DNA of 64,000 bases from Eremomyces bilateralis CBS 781.70 (Eukaryota). The stretch's first letter is position 1. Every line of letters starts with the position of its first letter. The notes under the pieces were generated by a model, which was given only the letters and a program-made list of their open reading frames with translations, was not told the origin of the DNA and did no database searches. Below are positions 12,061 through 25,839 of the stretch, piece after piece. A program made the position numbers and the translations under genes. The stretch lies in NCBI GenBank assembly GCA_010015585.1, contig ML975166.1; one strand, given 5' to 3'.

Positions 12061-14448
12061 ATGCCGGTCGCAAAAGGAGGCGTGTGGACGAACTTGGAGG
12101 ACGAAATCCTCAAAGCCTCCGTTTCCAAGTACGGACTCAATCAATGGGCCCGAGTCTCCTCCCTTCTCGCCCGGAAATCCCCCAAGCAATGCAAGGCTCG
12201 CTGGCAGGAATGGCTCGATCCATCCATCCGCAAGATCGAATGGTCCAAGGAGGAGGATGAGAAGCTGCTCCACCTCGCAAAGCTGATGCCCACGCAATGG
12301 CGAACCATCGCTCCGATCGTTGGTCGCACAGCCACACAGTGCTTGGAACGGTATCAGAAACTCTTGGATGATGCCGAGGCGCGCGAAACCGATGAGTTCG
12401 CTCTTGAGGGACCGGAGGGTGGTGAGACTGCCCCTCCGAACGCCGATGATGTCCGCCGACTCAGGCCTGGTGAGTTGGATCCCGATCCGGAATCGAAGCC
12501 CGCGAAACCGGACACGATCGACATGGATGAAGATGAAAAGGAGATGCTCAGTGAGGCCAGAGCACGGTTGGCAAATACCCAGGGAAAGAAGGCGAAGCGG
12601 AAGGCAAGAGAGCGGCAGCTGGAGGAGTCACGTCGCATGGCAAACCTCCAGAAGCGGAGGGAACTGAAGAATGCCGGGATCAATATCAAGATCGTCAATC
12701 GGAAAAAGGGCCAAATGGATTATAACGCCGACATTCCCTTCGAAAAGGCTCCGGCCCCTGGCTTCTACGACACCGTGGAAGAAATGGATCGAAACGAGAA
12801 GCAGCGCGAAGCGTTCGATCCTCGCAAGCAACAATTGGCGAATAAACGGAAAGGCGACCAGGAAGACGATGGCGATGAGCGGAAGAGGCGGAAGAATGAA
12901 AAGTCTGGTGGTGGTGGTGGTGGTGGTGCTGCAGCATTTGCCGCTCCCGCCCAAGCTGCGCGACTGCAGCGCCTTCGAGAGGCTGAACGAAGCAACAAGA
13001 GGCGATCACTCAACCTTCCCGCACCGCAAGTCGGCGAATCCGAGCTTGAGGAGATTGTGAAGATGGGCATGGCAGGGGAACGAGCGTCACGATCTGCAAG
13101 TGCAGCGGAAAACGATGCAACCCGAGGCTTGGTTGGGAATTACAATGCAATCGTCGGCGGCACTCCAATCAGGACACCGCGAGCTCCACAAGAAGAAAAT
13201 CGAATCGCCAACGAGATCAAAAACGCGCGAGCCCTCACCGACACCCAATCCGCGCTGCTGGGGGGAGATAACACTCCTCTCCACGAAGGTCGGGGCACAA
13301 CTGGTTTCGAGGGCGTCGCGCCTAGCAAGAATCATGTCGCGACGCCGAATCCATTAGCCACACCCATGCGCAATGGACTTAGCCAAACCCCAGGCGCAAC
13401 CCCGTTGCGGACGCCGAGAGATAATTTCAGCCTCAACCGCGAAGATGGCATGGCATTGGTGGCACAAACTCCAAGGGACGTGCGACTACGGGAAATCGCA
13501 CTTAAACAGGATCTCAGGGGCAAATTCTCCGCGCTTCCGAAGCCGAGGGAGACGGAATGGGAGCTTGAATTACCAGAAGAGCAAGCCGATGTCATCGCAG
13601 CCGAAACCACAGAGGAGGATGCGGCGGTTCGCGATGCCCGGAACGAAGCCCTTCGGAAGGCGGCCGAATTGGCAGATTTCAAGCGACAAACGCAGGTGAT
13701 CCAAAAGGGGTTGCCACGACCCTCCGTTGTTGATGTTGATGCAATGCTCAAGAACGCGACTGAACTCGAGGATTCCATTGCTCAAGTTGTCGCCCACGAG
13801 GCGGCTCTTCTGATTGCGAATGATGCCCTCAAATTCGGTGGAGCCAAGGTCAATGGTGCTGCACGACCTGTCGAAGTGATGGACGAAGCAGCTCTGAACA
13901 AAGCAAAGCTCGAACTTGCTCTGGAGATCTCGACGGATGAGCTTAGAGAAAAGGGTGAAGTGTTCCAGGATACATTGGTCACTCTACATACAAACGCAGC
14001 CCTCCTTGGGCTTGATGGATACAGCGAAGATGATCTTGATGAGAGGCAGCTGTTGACGGAGGCCTTCGACGTAAGTGTTCATTTCCCGTTCAAAGCATCG
14101 TTTTCTAACTCCTCATAGACCGTTCAAGATCAAATCATGGGTCTTGCCGAACAAGGCAGCAAGACCGAAAAGAAACTCGCAATCCATCTGGGTGGCTACC
14201 AACACCGACAGAAAATGCTGCGACAGAAGATCGTCGAAGCGTCGGATGCTCTGGACAAGGCGACTTGGGATCTCGACACGAAGCGTACGGCGCAAGTGGC
14301 GGAGCAATCTGCGATCTCACGACGGCTGGAGGGACTGCGGGAGGAGGTGACGTTTGTCAGCAGGAGGGAGCGGGAGGCACAGGATTTGTACAGGAACACA
14401 AAGGAAGAGTTGGAGGCGCTGGATATCCAAGCCAACGGCTATCATTAG
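12061..14448 (+). CDS. CEF1: Pre-mRNA splicing factor Cef1/Cdc5 (Myb repeats, NineTeen complex); intron 14071-14118
   Basis: [73 protein letters not shown]. Confidence 0.97.
12907..12927 (+). repeat. (GGT)7 microsatellite encoding poly-Gly in CEF1
   Basis: Directly visible in the sequence. Confidence 0.9.
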
Positions 14449-15182
14449 AAAGGCACCTGGACGAGCGTAACTACTGCTCGCCTCCGTATTTATGTAATTA
14501 TCTGCCTACCTTACTTAAGGAGCTACTCAATCCTCCCGCAATCAAGGGAGTAGCTGGTGGTGCGGGGAGAATGGAGGATGATAGGACATCCCCCCAGCTG
14601 CCAAAACAGCGTAGCTACCTGAACAAAGGCTTAGGAGCAACCTCCGGCAAATCTGCAGCGTCGAATATACCATTGCATTAGCTTCCACTACTTATGCGAG
14701 TTCGCATTTAAATCATGAAGTCTAGATACGCAACTCAAGGACCTTCCTAGCGCAGGATGGCGTCGCCTGTCGGTTCGGGTAATAGAACCAACGCAATATT
14801 CCCATTAGACTGTCCCGTATTCCAACGGGTCCTAAAGAGCTTCGGCCATCTCGACTTATGGACAGCTAGTACTCTCACTCCTCACCTCGTAACTGCTGTG
14901 CCGTTTCTTTCAATTTCATTCCCGGGTTCACCAAGTTGAATGTGCTTATTGGGAATCATTTACTTCCGGTTCTTATATAAAGTTGAAGCATCGTCAATAT
15001 GAGCCTGTCTTTGTAACCATCTTTGTACTCCGTATATCGGTGCTGCGTACCTATTCTGTACTTATACCTTCCTCTTAGACGACTTCCACTATCCGGGGAC
15101 ATCTCTATCCTGATAGGTATCCGTTCTCCACTGTGCTCCGCGGCCTCATTCGAATGCGCATATACTCCTCCAAACCTATGGT

Positions 15183-18100
15183 ATGGTGCGCAAACAGCGA
15201 AAGCGAATTTGCTATGGTACGCACCCCTCGCTCTCACCACCGTAACATGTACCCTTCCCACGACTCCGGGACACGACACTGCTCTTGCATCCGTTCGAGC
15301 ACCCGTCGACTAACGCAATACCCCGGATTGGGGTTGGACAGTGTTGCCGCTCGCAAAATCCGCGGGCGGACATCGACTCGGCGTCAATGGCCTGGCTGTA
15401 GATCCCATTAATTCCATCCTGTACGACCTACCACCTATGCGGCGTCTCAGCGGCTCCGACCTGACATGATGATAGATACTCAGGCGGGCGAGATGGCGCA
15501 ATATGCGCATGGGATCTCCACGTCCCTCTTGCAGACGATGATTTCTCCAACCTAGCTTCCTCCCCTCCTCCGTCGCATCCGGCCTCACTTCCGTCCCAGA
15601 GCTCCTCCCCGTCCGCGCTCTCGCCTTCTCCGTCGACTCTCCGGCAGCAGGTCCAGGCCCATACGCACTGGATCAACGACATCGTCCTCGCCAACCAACA
15701 CCAAGCCCTCGTTTCGGCCTCGTCTGACATTACCGTCAAGCTGTGGCGCCCCTTCGCCGCTGACTCCGGCCCGCCGACCACAATTGGATTGCATAGCGAC
15801 TACGTGAAATGCGTCGCTTGCCCCAGTCAGACATCCAGCTGGGTCGCCTCGGGCGGATTGGACCGCAAGATTTGCCTCTGGGATCTCGCCGGAAACGGGC
15901 AGACGCTGTCCATCGACTGCACCGGGGACGACTCCGGCAAAGTCGGGCAAGGGCAAGCGACGAAAGGTTCCGTTTACGCGCTTGGGGTCACGCCGGGTTT
16001 GATAGCCAGCGGTGGCCCGGAGAGCGTGGTGAGGGTGTGGGATCCGCGGAGCGGGAAGCGGGTGACCAAATTCGTGGGGCACACGGATAATATTCGAGCG
16101 ATTTTGGTGGCGAGAGATGGGGAGACCATACTGACGGCGTCGAGCGATCAAACGATCAAAGTATGGGATGTCGCAGCGGGGAGGTGCGGATATACATTAA
16201 CAATGCACAATGATAGCGTCTGGTCGTTGTTCTCCGATGACCCGAGGCTATCGGTCTTTTACTCCAGCGATCGAGGAGGCATGGTCGCGAAGACAGATAC
16301 GAGAGGGTGTGCGGAAGTCAACGAGGGCATGTGTGTCGCTGTTGCCCAAGAGCATGACGGGGTGAATAAGATCGTCAAGGCGGGGAAGTATATCTGGACC
16401 GCGACGTCAAATTCCAGTATCAATCGCTGGACTGACGTCGATCTCACGGATGTCGAAATACAGCCTCCGGATTCTTATCGGATGCATCGGTCAAGCGTTG
16501 TTACCACAAAGTCCAGACAGACTGTGCACCCAGCATCCACCAGCCCACCACCGTCTAGCGGGGTCGGGCAGAACATGATTCCGTTCAAGAGTGTTCTGAG
16601 ACTCTCGAATGTAGCCTCGTTTTTGCTCTACCCGAATCGGGACATGGAAGCCTCGACACTGCATTCCACCGCTAGCGCACGAAAGCCGTCGGGGGCACTG
16701 GACGCTTTGGATAGTGTAGTGGTTCCATTGCGGCAACTACCGGACCATTCTATTGAGGGCCAGAACGGCTTGATTAAACATGTCATGCTGAACGACAGGA
16801 GACGAGTATTGACCTTGGATACCGCTGGAGAAGTCATACTTTGGGATTTGATTACGTGCCAGGCTGTCAAGTCGTTTGGAAAGAAGGCAATGGATGATGT
16901 CCTCCATGATATCAATCCAGTGGAGGCGGTTGCACACTGGTGTGCTGTCGACACGAGAACCGGCAGTCTGACCTGCGTACTGGATGAGAATCATTGTTTC
17001 GACGCTGAGATGTACGCCGATGAAGTCGAGCTAGATGAGGGGATTGAATTTCGTGAAGACCAGCGGAGTAAGTCCCTCGTGGGTACGCAAAGGATCGCCC
17101 TTGCTAACCTGACGTAGTCAATCTAGGGAAATGGGTCTTGAGATACCTATTCGCTGACCTGATCAATGAGGAGATCCGTCGAGATGAAGAGGCTCGGCAG
17201 CATATTCTCGACCAGAGAGACCAGAACTTTCAGAGAGGAAATACCCCAGGAACCATCCAAATCCCGCAAACCAAGATCACGACTTGGAATGATGCTGCAG
17301 CTGGCCCAGCTTCCGTATCCACGCTCCGGGCAAACAATGGTATGCGCTTCCCAGCATCTACTCCCGGTCTTGCGATCGGCATCGCCTCTCCGGGTGGATT
17401 CGCGACACCTGGCGCGAACCCAACCACGCCCGGCGTACCGATTCCCGAAGCTGAAAATGAACTTGACAAGCCCAACGACTACTTCTCCGCCACCACCTCT
17501 ATTGCCCAATCTCCACCCGCCGTGAGCAACGGCGGTAAACCTCCCGCGACGCCGAGCGAACCCACAACCGACGAGACCTCAACACCCTCCGAACATGAAA
17601 AGGACTCCGCAAACAACCCTTCGAAAGACGCTAAAGAATCTAACCTCTTCAGCAAGAAAATGCGCATGCCGAAAATGTCCATGACCTTTGCGGGGATGAA
17701 GAAACTTGGGCGCTCGGCCTCGACCGCTGCCGCCGATGCTACTAGCCCTGCCAACATTGCCAAAGGCGGAGCTGGAGGCGCTCCATCTAGTACTGACGAA
17801 CGGAGCGAGGACGGAGATTCTCATTCGAGCCGAGTGGATGGTCGTGCGATCGAGGACAATTTCCTGGGCACGGTGCAGAAGATCCGGTCGGGGTATGAGG
17901 AGCAGCTGGCGTCACTGCGGACGGGGCCGCCGGCGAGGCGGACGGAAGAAGGCTCGGATCAGGCGATAACAGGCGCGGACCCAGGGGCGGGGCCGGGAGA
18001 AGGTGGAGCGGAGCACAGCGGGGCGGTGGCAGCATCGCTCCCTCATGCCCAAGAAATTCACGGCACTGCATCCGGGAATGCAGAGGCGCTGACAAGTGCA

Positions 18101-18919
18101 ATTACACCGAGCTTGCCGAACGATACGCCGGTGTTGAAGCCACCGTTGAATACGCTGATTTTGATTCAAGAGGATAGAGGGGATAGTGGTGGGGTGGCAG
18201 ATTTGTTTGAAGGGGAGGTAGGGAATTTGGGGAAGCAGGCCGATACCATTGAGAAGGTGGCGCCGCTATGGTTGGCGGAGGTACTGTTACGGGTGGGTTG
18301 ATTGCTACTATAAGGGGCATCCATGATGAGAAATCGTTCGGAGCTGACCATCGGAAGAACCAAATGCCATTGAAAGACATCGTCAAGGTGTCATTCATAC
18401 TCGAACCGTATCAGAACCTGCTGCCGAGCATTGCGAGCGATGGGTATGTTAACCAAACGGCGGCCAGTAGCGAGGACAATCCATATTGACCAGATCTAGG
18501 AATAACCGCCTGAACGCCAACCGCATGCTCCGAGCTCGGAAAATCCTCGCATACGTTGCTGAGCGTATCGAAGCGCCCTCTTCCAATCCTGAATCCAGTT
18601 CAGCGATGAAGCCGGAGGAGTATCTCGACCTCTTTTGCCAGAATCAGGTACGTTCTCTCCCACCATTCCTCTTGTCCTCGTTACCATGTTCAATTTCTTT
18701 TTTCTTGGGGCCAATCGATCTGACCACACCACGACTCAACAGTTCATTCCCCCAACCATGACCTTAGCCACAATCCGCGCACATGTCTGGCGTGGTGGCG
18801 GCGATGTGGTACTCTACTATCGTGCGAACGGGAAAAAGGAAATCAAGATCCCAAAGCCGCCGAAACCGGTTACCCCGGAACCCCCAGAGATTCCAATACC
18901 GGCTGTGTTTGTGAGATAG
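15183..18919 (+). CDS. WD40 + DUF3337 protein, WDR48/UAF1 (Duf1/Bun107-like) deubiquitinase cofactor; introns 15217-15341, 15421-15475, 17068-17117, 18293-18357, 18444-18499, 18648-18742
   Basis: Spliced N-terminus [36 protein letters not shown]. Also [50 protein letters not shown] and [21 protein letters not shown]. Confidence 0.92.
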
Positions 18920-19496
18920 GGTTGGCAGTGAGAAGCAGTGATCGTGTTGAAACTTACGTATATACCATCTGACGGAATTATATCATCTGCATATACCATC
19001 ATACCATACCATTTTATCCGTCTACCTGCATCCGGTCGTGTTTGCCAATGTCTTGGCGGTACTCCGTCCAACTCAGCCTTTGGGGATCCGGGCTCGACAA
19101 CCATACATCCTGAGCTGTGACTAGGAAAGACTTGGAAATAGAATTGAAACCCCCAGTTTAGGACTTGGGAAATCTGCACCGCAGTGGACTTCTGGGGAAC
19201 TCGCTCGGTGCTGGGGACTTCGGTCATGCCGAGAAACCCGAGAGGAGCGGAAGAGGTAGTTATCAAGACCTGGAGTTTCACCACACTGCGTAAGGTCGTT
19301 CGTATAGCCACAATACCTGTTTGTGTGCTACAAGGACAAAAGTTATTTAACAGGAGGCTTCAATCGCCATGAAAATAGAACCGCTGGGTTCCATTTCAAC
19401 CTTTTTTATCACCGTCAAGATCCCAGATTTTTTTTACCCCCTTGACCTTCTACTCAGAAATACCAATCGCCATATAGCATTTACAAGCCTCCAGCA

Positions 19497-20205
19497 ATGT
19501 TCTCACAAGCCAGCACTCATGTCTTCCTATCCTTCCTTCTCTCACTCCCCTTTGCACTCGCAGCCAACCATACGATCAGTATTGGCTCCAGCGGCCTAAA
19601 CATTGCTCCGAACGTCACCCATGCTGTTCCCGGCGACCTCCTGATCTTCCGTTTCTTCCCCGGGCACCACAACGTTGCATCCGGTCCCTTTGGGACGCCT
19701 TGCCAGTCTTCGGCAACTGGGGGAGGCATATTCTCGGGATGGGTGGACGCCAGTGATAAAGAACAGGGGGCGGCTCAGATTTTCGTGGTGGAAGTGAATG
19801 ATACGGAGCCGTTGTGGCTGTATTGTAGTACACCGCATCATTGTTCAAATGGCCAAGTGGCTGTAGTCAATCCACCGTGAGCATCTCCCTTGGATATCCT
19901 CAAGGACAGTGATGTTCCTCATTGCTTGCTCGGTTGCTGATGAGAGACAACACAGATCTGACAGAAGTCAGACTCTCGAACAGTATCTCGGCGCTGCCCG
20001 TAGTACCGATCAAAGCAGTCAGCCGGATGGTATCATTGGCGGAGCGCTTGTACCGGCTGCAGGAGCTATTTCACCCACTCTGCCCTCGCCAAGCGCTCCA
20101 GCACCAACAAACGGGCGCTCCGCAGATACACCGAATGTAGGGGAAAAGCTTACGTCAGGGGGTTTGGCGGTTCTTTCGGGCCTCGTTGTGCTGCTGTTGG
20201 GTTAG
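19497..20205 (+). CDS. Secreted cupredoxin-fold, probably GPI-anchored protein; intron 19877-19955
   Basis: Signal peptide. GDLLIFRFFPGHHNVASGPFGTPC, then PLWLYCSTPHHCSNGQVAVVNP. S/T/P-rich linker and hydrophobic C-terminus. Confidence 0.88.
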
Positions 20206-23200
20206 ATGGTTTGGTATGTTGAGGTATCTTGGATAATTGAGTGGAGAAGAAAGTTGCCATCATCCTAAGAAAGGATTGTACTAGGAACTCTAGGGCTAGA
20301 AACATGTGACTGAAGTTTGGGATACGGAGTTGTGTAGCAAGTGGAATGGGAGAGGCAACGGCTGTGGAGTTTGTGGAGGTAGATAATACCACATATCATG
20401 GTCAATAATTTAATGGTAAAAGGGCATATAATCTGCAAAGAGTACTCGATACTTGAACAGATTGGTTATATGAGGTATACCGACTGATGGGTCCAGATAA
20501 TTCGATCAGGTACTCTCGAGTCAGGCTACCCTTAGCAAGCAATGACCTTGAAATATAACGGAGGAGCAAAACGAGCGATAACCGCGTGAAAATTGTAGCC
20601 GAGTGCCTTGACAATAAAAATTAAAGAGAGACGCAGGAGACTTGGGGACGGGGTCTGGGGGGTAAAGGGACGAGCATCAAACGAATAACATTTAGATCTC
20701 GCATCGCCAACTTACCAGTCTCTTCTGCAGGGCATGGTCGTTAGGTAGGTGGGCCCTTAAAGATATGAATCCCACCTGTTCCGTGAAGAACCCAGTGCAT
20801 GGTGGGAAGGAAACCCTCAAACCGACCGGAGCAGAGTTGTACTACACTGCGACAGTGTGATAGTCTCGCCGAAAGGTATAAGGGTTTTATGGTAGACGAG
20901 AAAATTAATTGCTTAATGTTTTACCAAGTGAGACTCCTGTCATGAGCTATGTGTCGCTGAGGGAGGAGATGAGAGTACGGTACGTGGGCTGTGAACAGTG
21001 TAGGACCAGATGTGGACATATTCGCGCAACATATTGAATAATTGACTCATATTCAACTTAGAGAAAGGCTCAACGGGAGAACCGAGGATGATATGGACGC
21101 GGATAATTCAAGAGAAGAGTAGAAACTCACCGTCGTCGGACAGCTCCATGTCAGAGCGCTCCTCGCTCGTCAGGTGAACAAGTCCCGTGCGTAAGTAGAC
21201 ACGCAATCCGCCTACCCTTGAGGTGCGTTGACTCATCCCATGTTCCAACGACTTTTCAAGGAGCCTTTCCCATCCATCTAAGGCAACGCCTGGATGCTGA
21301 GCAGGATGATGTGTAAGGGGGTGGCACCGGAACTAGAGACGCAGTTGGGTCAACGCCACTCTTCATTCACCCGCAGTTTAGCCACCGGACAACAACATCG
21401 GCCATTGGTCAGGTTGATGCTCTACAAAGTCCAACCTGCCTCCGCCACTGACGTATGCCATCTAGCGTCTCGATATTTCCTTGCTGCATGTGATTCAAAT
21501 ATTGCTGTCGTTAATTGGAACTCATCGCAACTATTGTGACCCGTTAGCCACACTTTATCCCGCCAATAAGATCGGGGATACTGGTCCCCGTAACCGGACG
21601 TACCTTATTCGCCATCAGTAGTGAGTCACCATATTCGGGCAGCATCGCGATATTGAGGCTGGTCAAGGTGGTTTAGCCTTCGATACAGACATTCTAGGAC
21701 AGCAATAATGGCCTAGAGCACAAGGTATGTTACTAAAGCTCCGTAACTTGACATCGTTGCCATAGTATCGTTTGTCGATGGAAGAAAGGCGCCTTGATCG
21801 TTCAACGGTAGTCGTATATCGGTGTTGAAACTGGTTCTAAAATGAGTGCGGCTTAGCTGGCAGAAACCGGAAAAGACGCCACGAGTGCCGCACTTCTGTG
21901 TCACATACCTGCGCATGTCCGTTGGTGGCACTGTGACACTCAGTAACAGTCATCATCGGAGGCCGAGTGAGGACTGTAGGCGGCCTATTGACGGTAACTT
22001 TGCAAGATCGGGCTATGCAGCAGCAGCTGGGAAAGGCGATGCATACCCAGGTAGGTAGGTATTCAGGCGGCCTCTATCAGGATTCAGGAGACAGAGTCAT
22101 AGAGTGAGGCGCTATTGCTAGGGATGCAGCTTCCCGGCAGTGGGTCGCCTAAGGATGCAGCGGGAGCAAAAGGCACCGTTCGAAAGCTTGACTCCCGCGT
22201 CGTTAACCGTTACCGATGAAATGGAAACCCGGGCTCTTTGTTTTGGACCACCATGATCTGCAGCTGATCCAGTAGTCATGGCAATATTTCAATAATGATT
22301 TCTCTCGTTAAATGTGACGCTTTTTCCCATCTCTTACACCAATTACTCACATGCTCATCCATCAAACAAAGATCGCCGAGGCGATTGTTCACCGATACTG
22401 TCCTTCAATCAGTGCCACTTCTATGGCTTTCCATGCTCTTCCATTTTTATCTGCAGGCTGAAACAGTCATGTACTTTCGAAGTATCATTGGGTACTGCAG
22501 AGGAAAATTTTCCACAATTTTGCAGCATCCGAAGTGCGGTGTGTGAGTTGTCCAACAAACAATGCGATTCATGGAGGGATATCAAACCCCAAAAAGGCGG
22601 CGTCTTACCGCCTTGGATCCTCTAGCAATATGTCTGCATGCTAAAGGCCCGTAGTTGGCATCGGTTATGCAGCCACGGGTCCCACAATGGAATTTGAATA
22701 TCCACCACCTTAAATTCCGCCCGTTGCTAATGCACGATTCGACGACACCGTCAGTAATAATCTCCTAAATATCCTGGGTGTTGGTAACTTCACGTTGTCT
22801 CAAGGATGCTGACAGTTGAGAAGCCGAATGGTAATGTTTGTTCGGCCCGGGAATGTGGCTTGCAGCCCAAATTGCCAACGCATACGATTTCCGCCTGTCG
22901 ATTGGCTTGCAGAGAGGGGCCATGCGGCGCTCGGAACGATGGACATGACTTTGGGGCCAATAGCGATACTGCAGTGGAGCAGGGGCTGGGCTAATCTTCT
23001 CTGCTGCGACGCTAAACGGCGAATCCTCGTTGTGGAATCGTGGCACTAAAAGTCCGATCAATCAGCACCATGAACACCAACCAGTGAAGTGACAATCGTT
23101 ATGGATGGCACTCCTCCAAAATTGCCATATGCGCTCCTGTTCTCACTGTTCAATGGATGATTTTCGCATTCCGAGCCTAAATTTCAGGCCCACAAGGCGC

Positions 23201-25839
23201 AGGAGTGATGTCCACTGCAGCTAGAACGGAGGATGGAAGTGATGCAGCCAAATCCAATGATATGTGTGTCCATTACTCGTACACAAAGACACAAAGGGGG
23301 GTTAAGAAGACTTTCACAAGCCGATACCAAAGGGAAAAATAAAAAATATCACCAAAAAACGCACTGATGATATCGACACGAAATCTAAGTCTGTGCCGCA
23401 CGGAGTGAGACTCACCGAAATCGAACCCTCGAAAATTTATCCTGTCCGAAATTATGAGACCTTTGGAACGGAGCTGAATGGAAGAACAAAGACCAAGGGA
23501 ATTCACTCCCGACCATTCTGGAGCCTAGAAACGAACATGGAACGAAATTGAGGCTCAAAGAAAAGGCAGTGGAGGGGCCCAATGTCGCACCGAGGAAAGG
23601 GGCAGTGTCACAGGAGGGCCAGTGCCGACAAATCCCATCCAAAGTGCGATATGGAGCCTGGAGGAGTGGAGGAAGTTAAACCTGAAAGATCCAAGTTCGA
23701 AATTGCTCTCGGTTCCAAGAAAACAAAAGCAACATGGGTGAGCGCCACCAGGGCCCGAGGTTTTGGATTGGAACACATTTTTCTCCAGTTTGTCCAACGT
23801 AAAAGGATTAAGGCAGCGGAACGCGTACACACGGACCTGTTGTGTTGAGATCCGTTGAGTTTTCGAGCGGGCCAGGACTGCGCTCCATCAAATCCGCGTG
23901 GAGCTGTGGAGGAGGAACGGTCCCCAATCTCCATGCAAGTGTCCACTGATACACGAATTATGGCAGCCAGTGGATCCTTTGGAATTGAAAGGGGAGCCGG
24001 ACATGCAATGGGCCTTGGTGCTCATTTGCACAACGTGACTGTTCAACCTCCCGCTTCAGGGCAACGGCATCATTGCACCACAGGATCCTTTACCTTGGAC
24101 GAAGCTGTCGACAACATTCTCATCGGCTGTCAGCGAGACTTTACGGAGGACTGGGAACGGACTACGGTAATATTATCGTCTCTCCTTTAAACACACTCCG
24201 CAGATGACCTTGGAACGTCATGGGAATATCATGATCCTACCTGTCTGGGTAACCTCCCCAGTCGCAAGGACATGGAGATTGCAAAGTCTAGCATTAGCAA
24301 AGCCGCATTGATGGGTCATCGGCCATTAACATGGATCTTGTATTCCTGTCGGTCGTCGGACCGTCCACTGTGGTGTGGCTTGGTCGCTCTCTGGCCTCCT
24401 ATGCACAGTACAGTCAACAGTGTACGGCGTAATCCATTTATATTGTAAAGAGCCAGGTGATGAAGAGGCTTAGAAAGTTTGAAATAGATCCGGAGGAATT
24501 CATAGGATCTGTTGGAATGTGCGGACCGGGTGATTATGTGATGTTGGTCGGTGATACCAAAGATACATATGCATATGGAGTTCGAGATCCTCCGTGTTGG
24601 AATCAAGAATTATGCGGCGATACGGTGATGACGTTGTGGAAGTCGTACAGTCGGATATAAAAATCAGTCCGCTCCAATATCCAACACGTTGCAGGCGGAG
24701 GATTGGGAGATCGGATTCTGGAAGGCGGCGGAAGGGTTGCGTTATTGCGTACGTAGTACGCTGGATGAGGATGCTGGCAAGTGCTGACCAAGCAGTCGGG
24801 GCTTTTCGCCTTCACGACCATCCTAACTCTAAGTCGATATTAGAAATTCCTCAGCACTTGTACCTAAATACTCCACTAACTAGGCCCTATCAATTCTAAT
24901 ATGCTCTCTCACAAGCCACAGTTTTCGCCGTCTCACTGGACGACGTCACTAGGCACAGCTAGCATGATCGAGATAGTTCTAGAGACATGACTGGATTTCG
25001 GCCGAATATAAAAGGAGATGGAGTCAAGCAAGTTCAGAGTGAACAGCTGAACAAATGTCATAGGACATCTTTCGTCGGTTTGGTCACCATCGTCTCGGTG
25101 ATTCCAATCCACTCAAAGCCTGATCAGACAGGATCTCAACTTGTCAAGCCCCAACTCTTCTCCTCTCCTCTCGGTCTCCCCAATCCGGGCCTGATTGATT
25201 TACCCAGTCGGGACACCCTCCGGGCCAAAGACGATATATTACATAAAATACCGGAGGGCAAACCTGAGGTATTACAGATTGGCAGTTCAGCCACCCTTGA
25301 CTCCTTGAGTATTTTGACGCGCCGGCTGCACGATAGAGCAAGGATTCTCTCGGTTTGGCCTGTTGGTTGCGGCCCTGCGACTCACGGCTTTTGGTGGCCC
25401 TGGTCTCCTCTGCAGTGCCCTGTTCCCTTTGTTCCCCCATAAGAGTCTGTCCTGCCTCCCGCTTCGCTGGCACGTAACCATCCTTAATGACATTTTGTCA
25501 AATATCTTCATCCCAAAGTCCCCATCCAGTCATCATTCTTCGTGGTTCATCCACAATTTAAACACATCTCCAAGGACTCTTACCGGTCCTTATACTCAGC
25601 TTTTCAAAAGCGTCATTTCCAACCCACAAATGTGTGAACGAAGGGCCCAATCTTCTCCTCTCTCCCAGTCCTTCTTCTCCTCGGACATTCGCAGAATACC
25701 ACGTCCCTGTCAAGGCGATTGTTCGCCACGTTGATGGGTGAGACGCGACACCAACGATATAAACACCTCTCTTCCTCCCCATCTTCGTCTCATTTCTCAA
25801 TTCTTTCCACGTCTCTTTTGAGGCGCATGAATCCCCACC

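Noticed and set aside
12695..13009. Antisense ORF with a His7 tract
   Set aside because: Shadow of the (GGT)7 poly-Gly repeat in CEF1.
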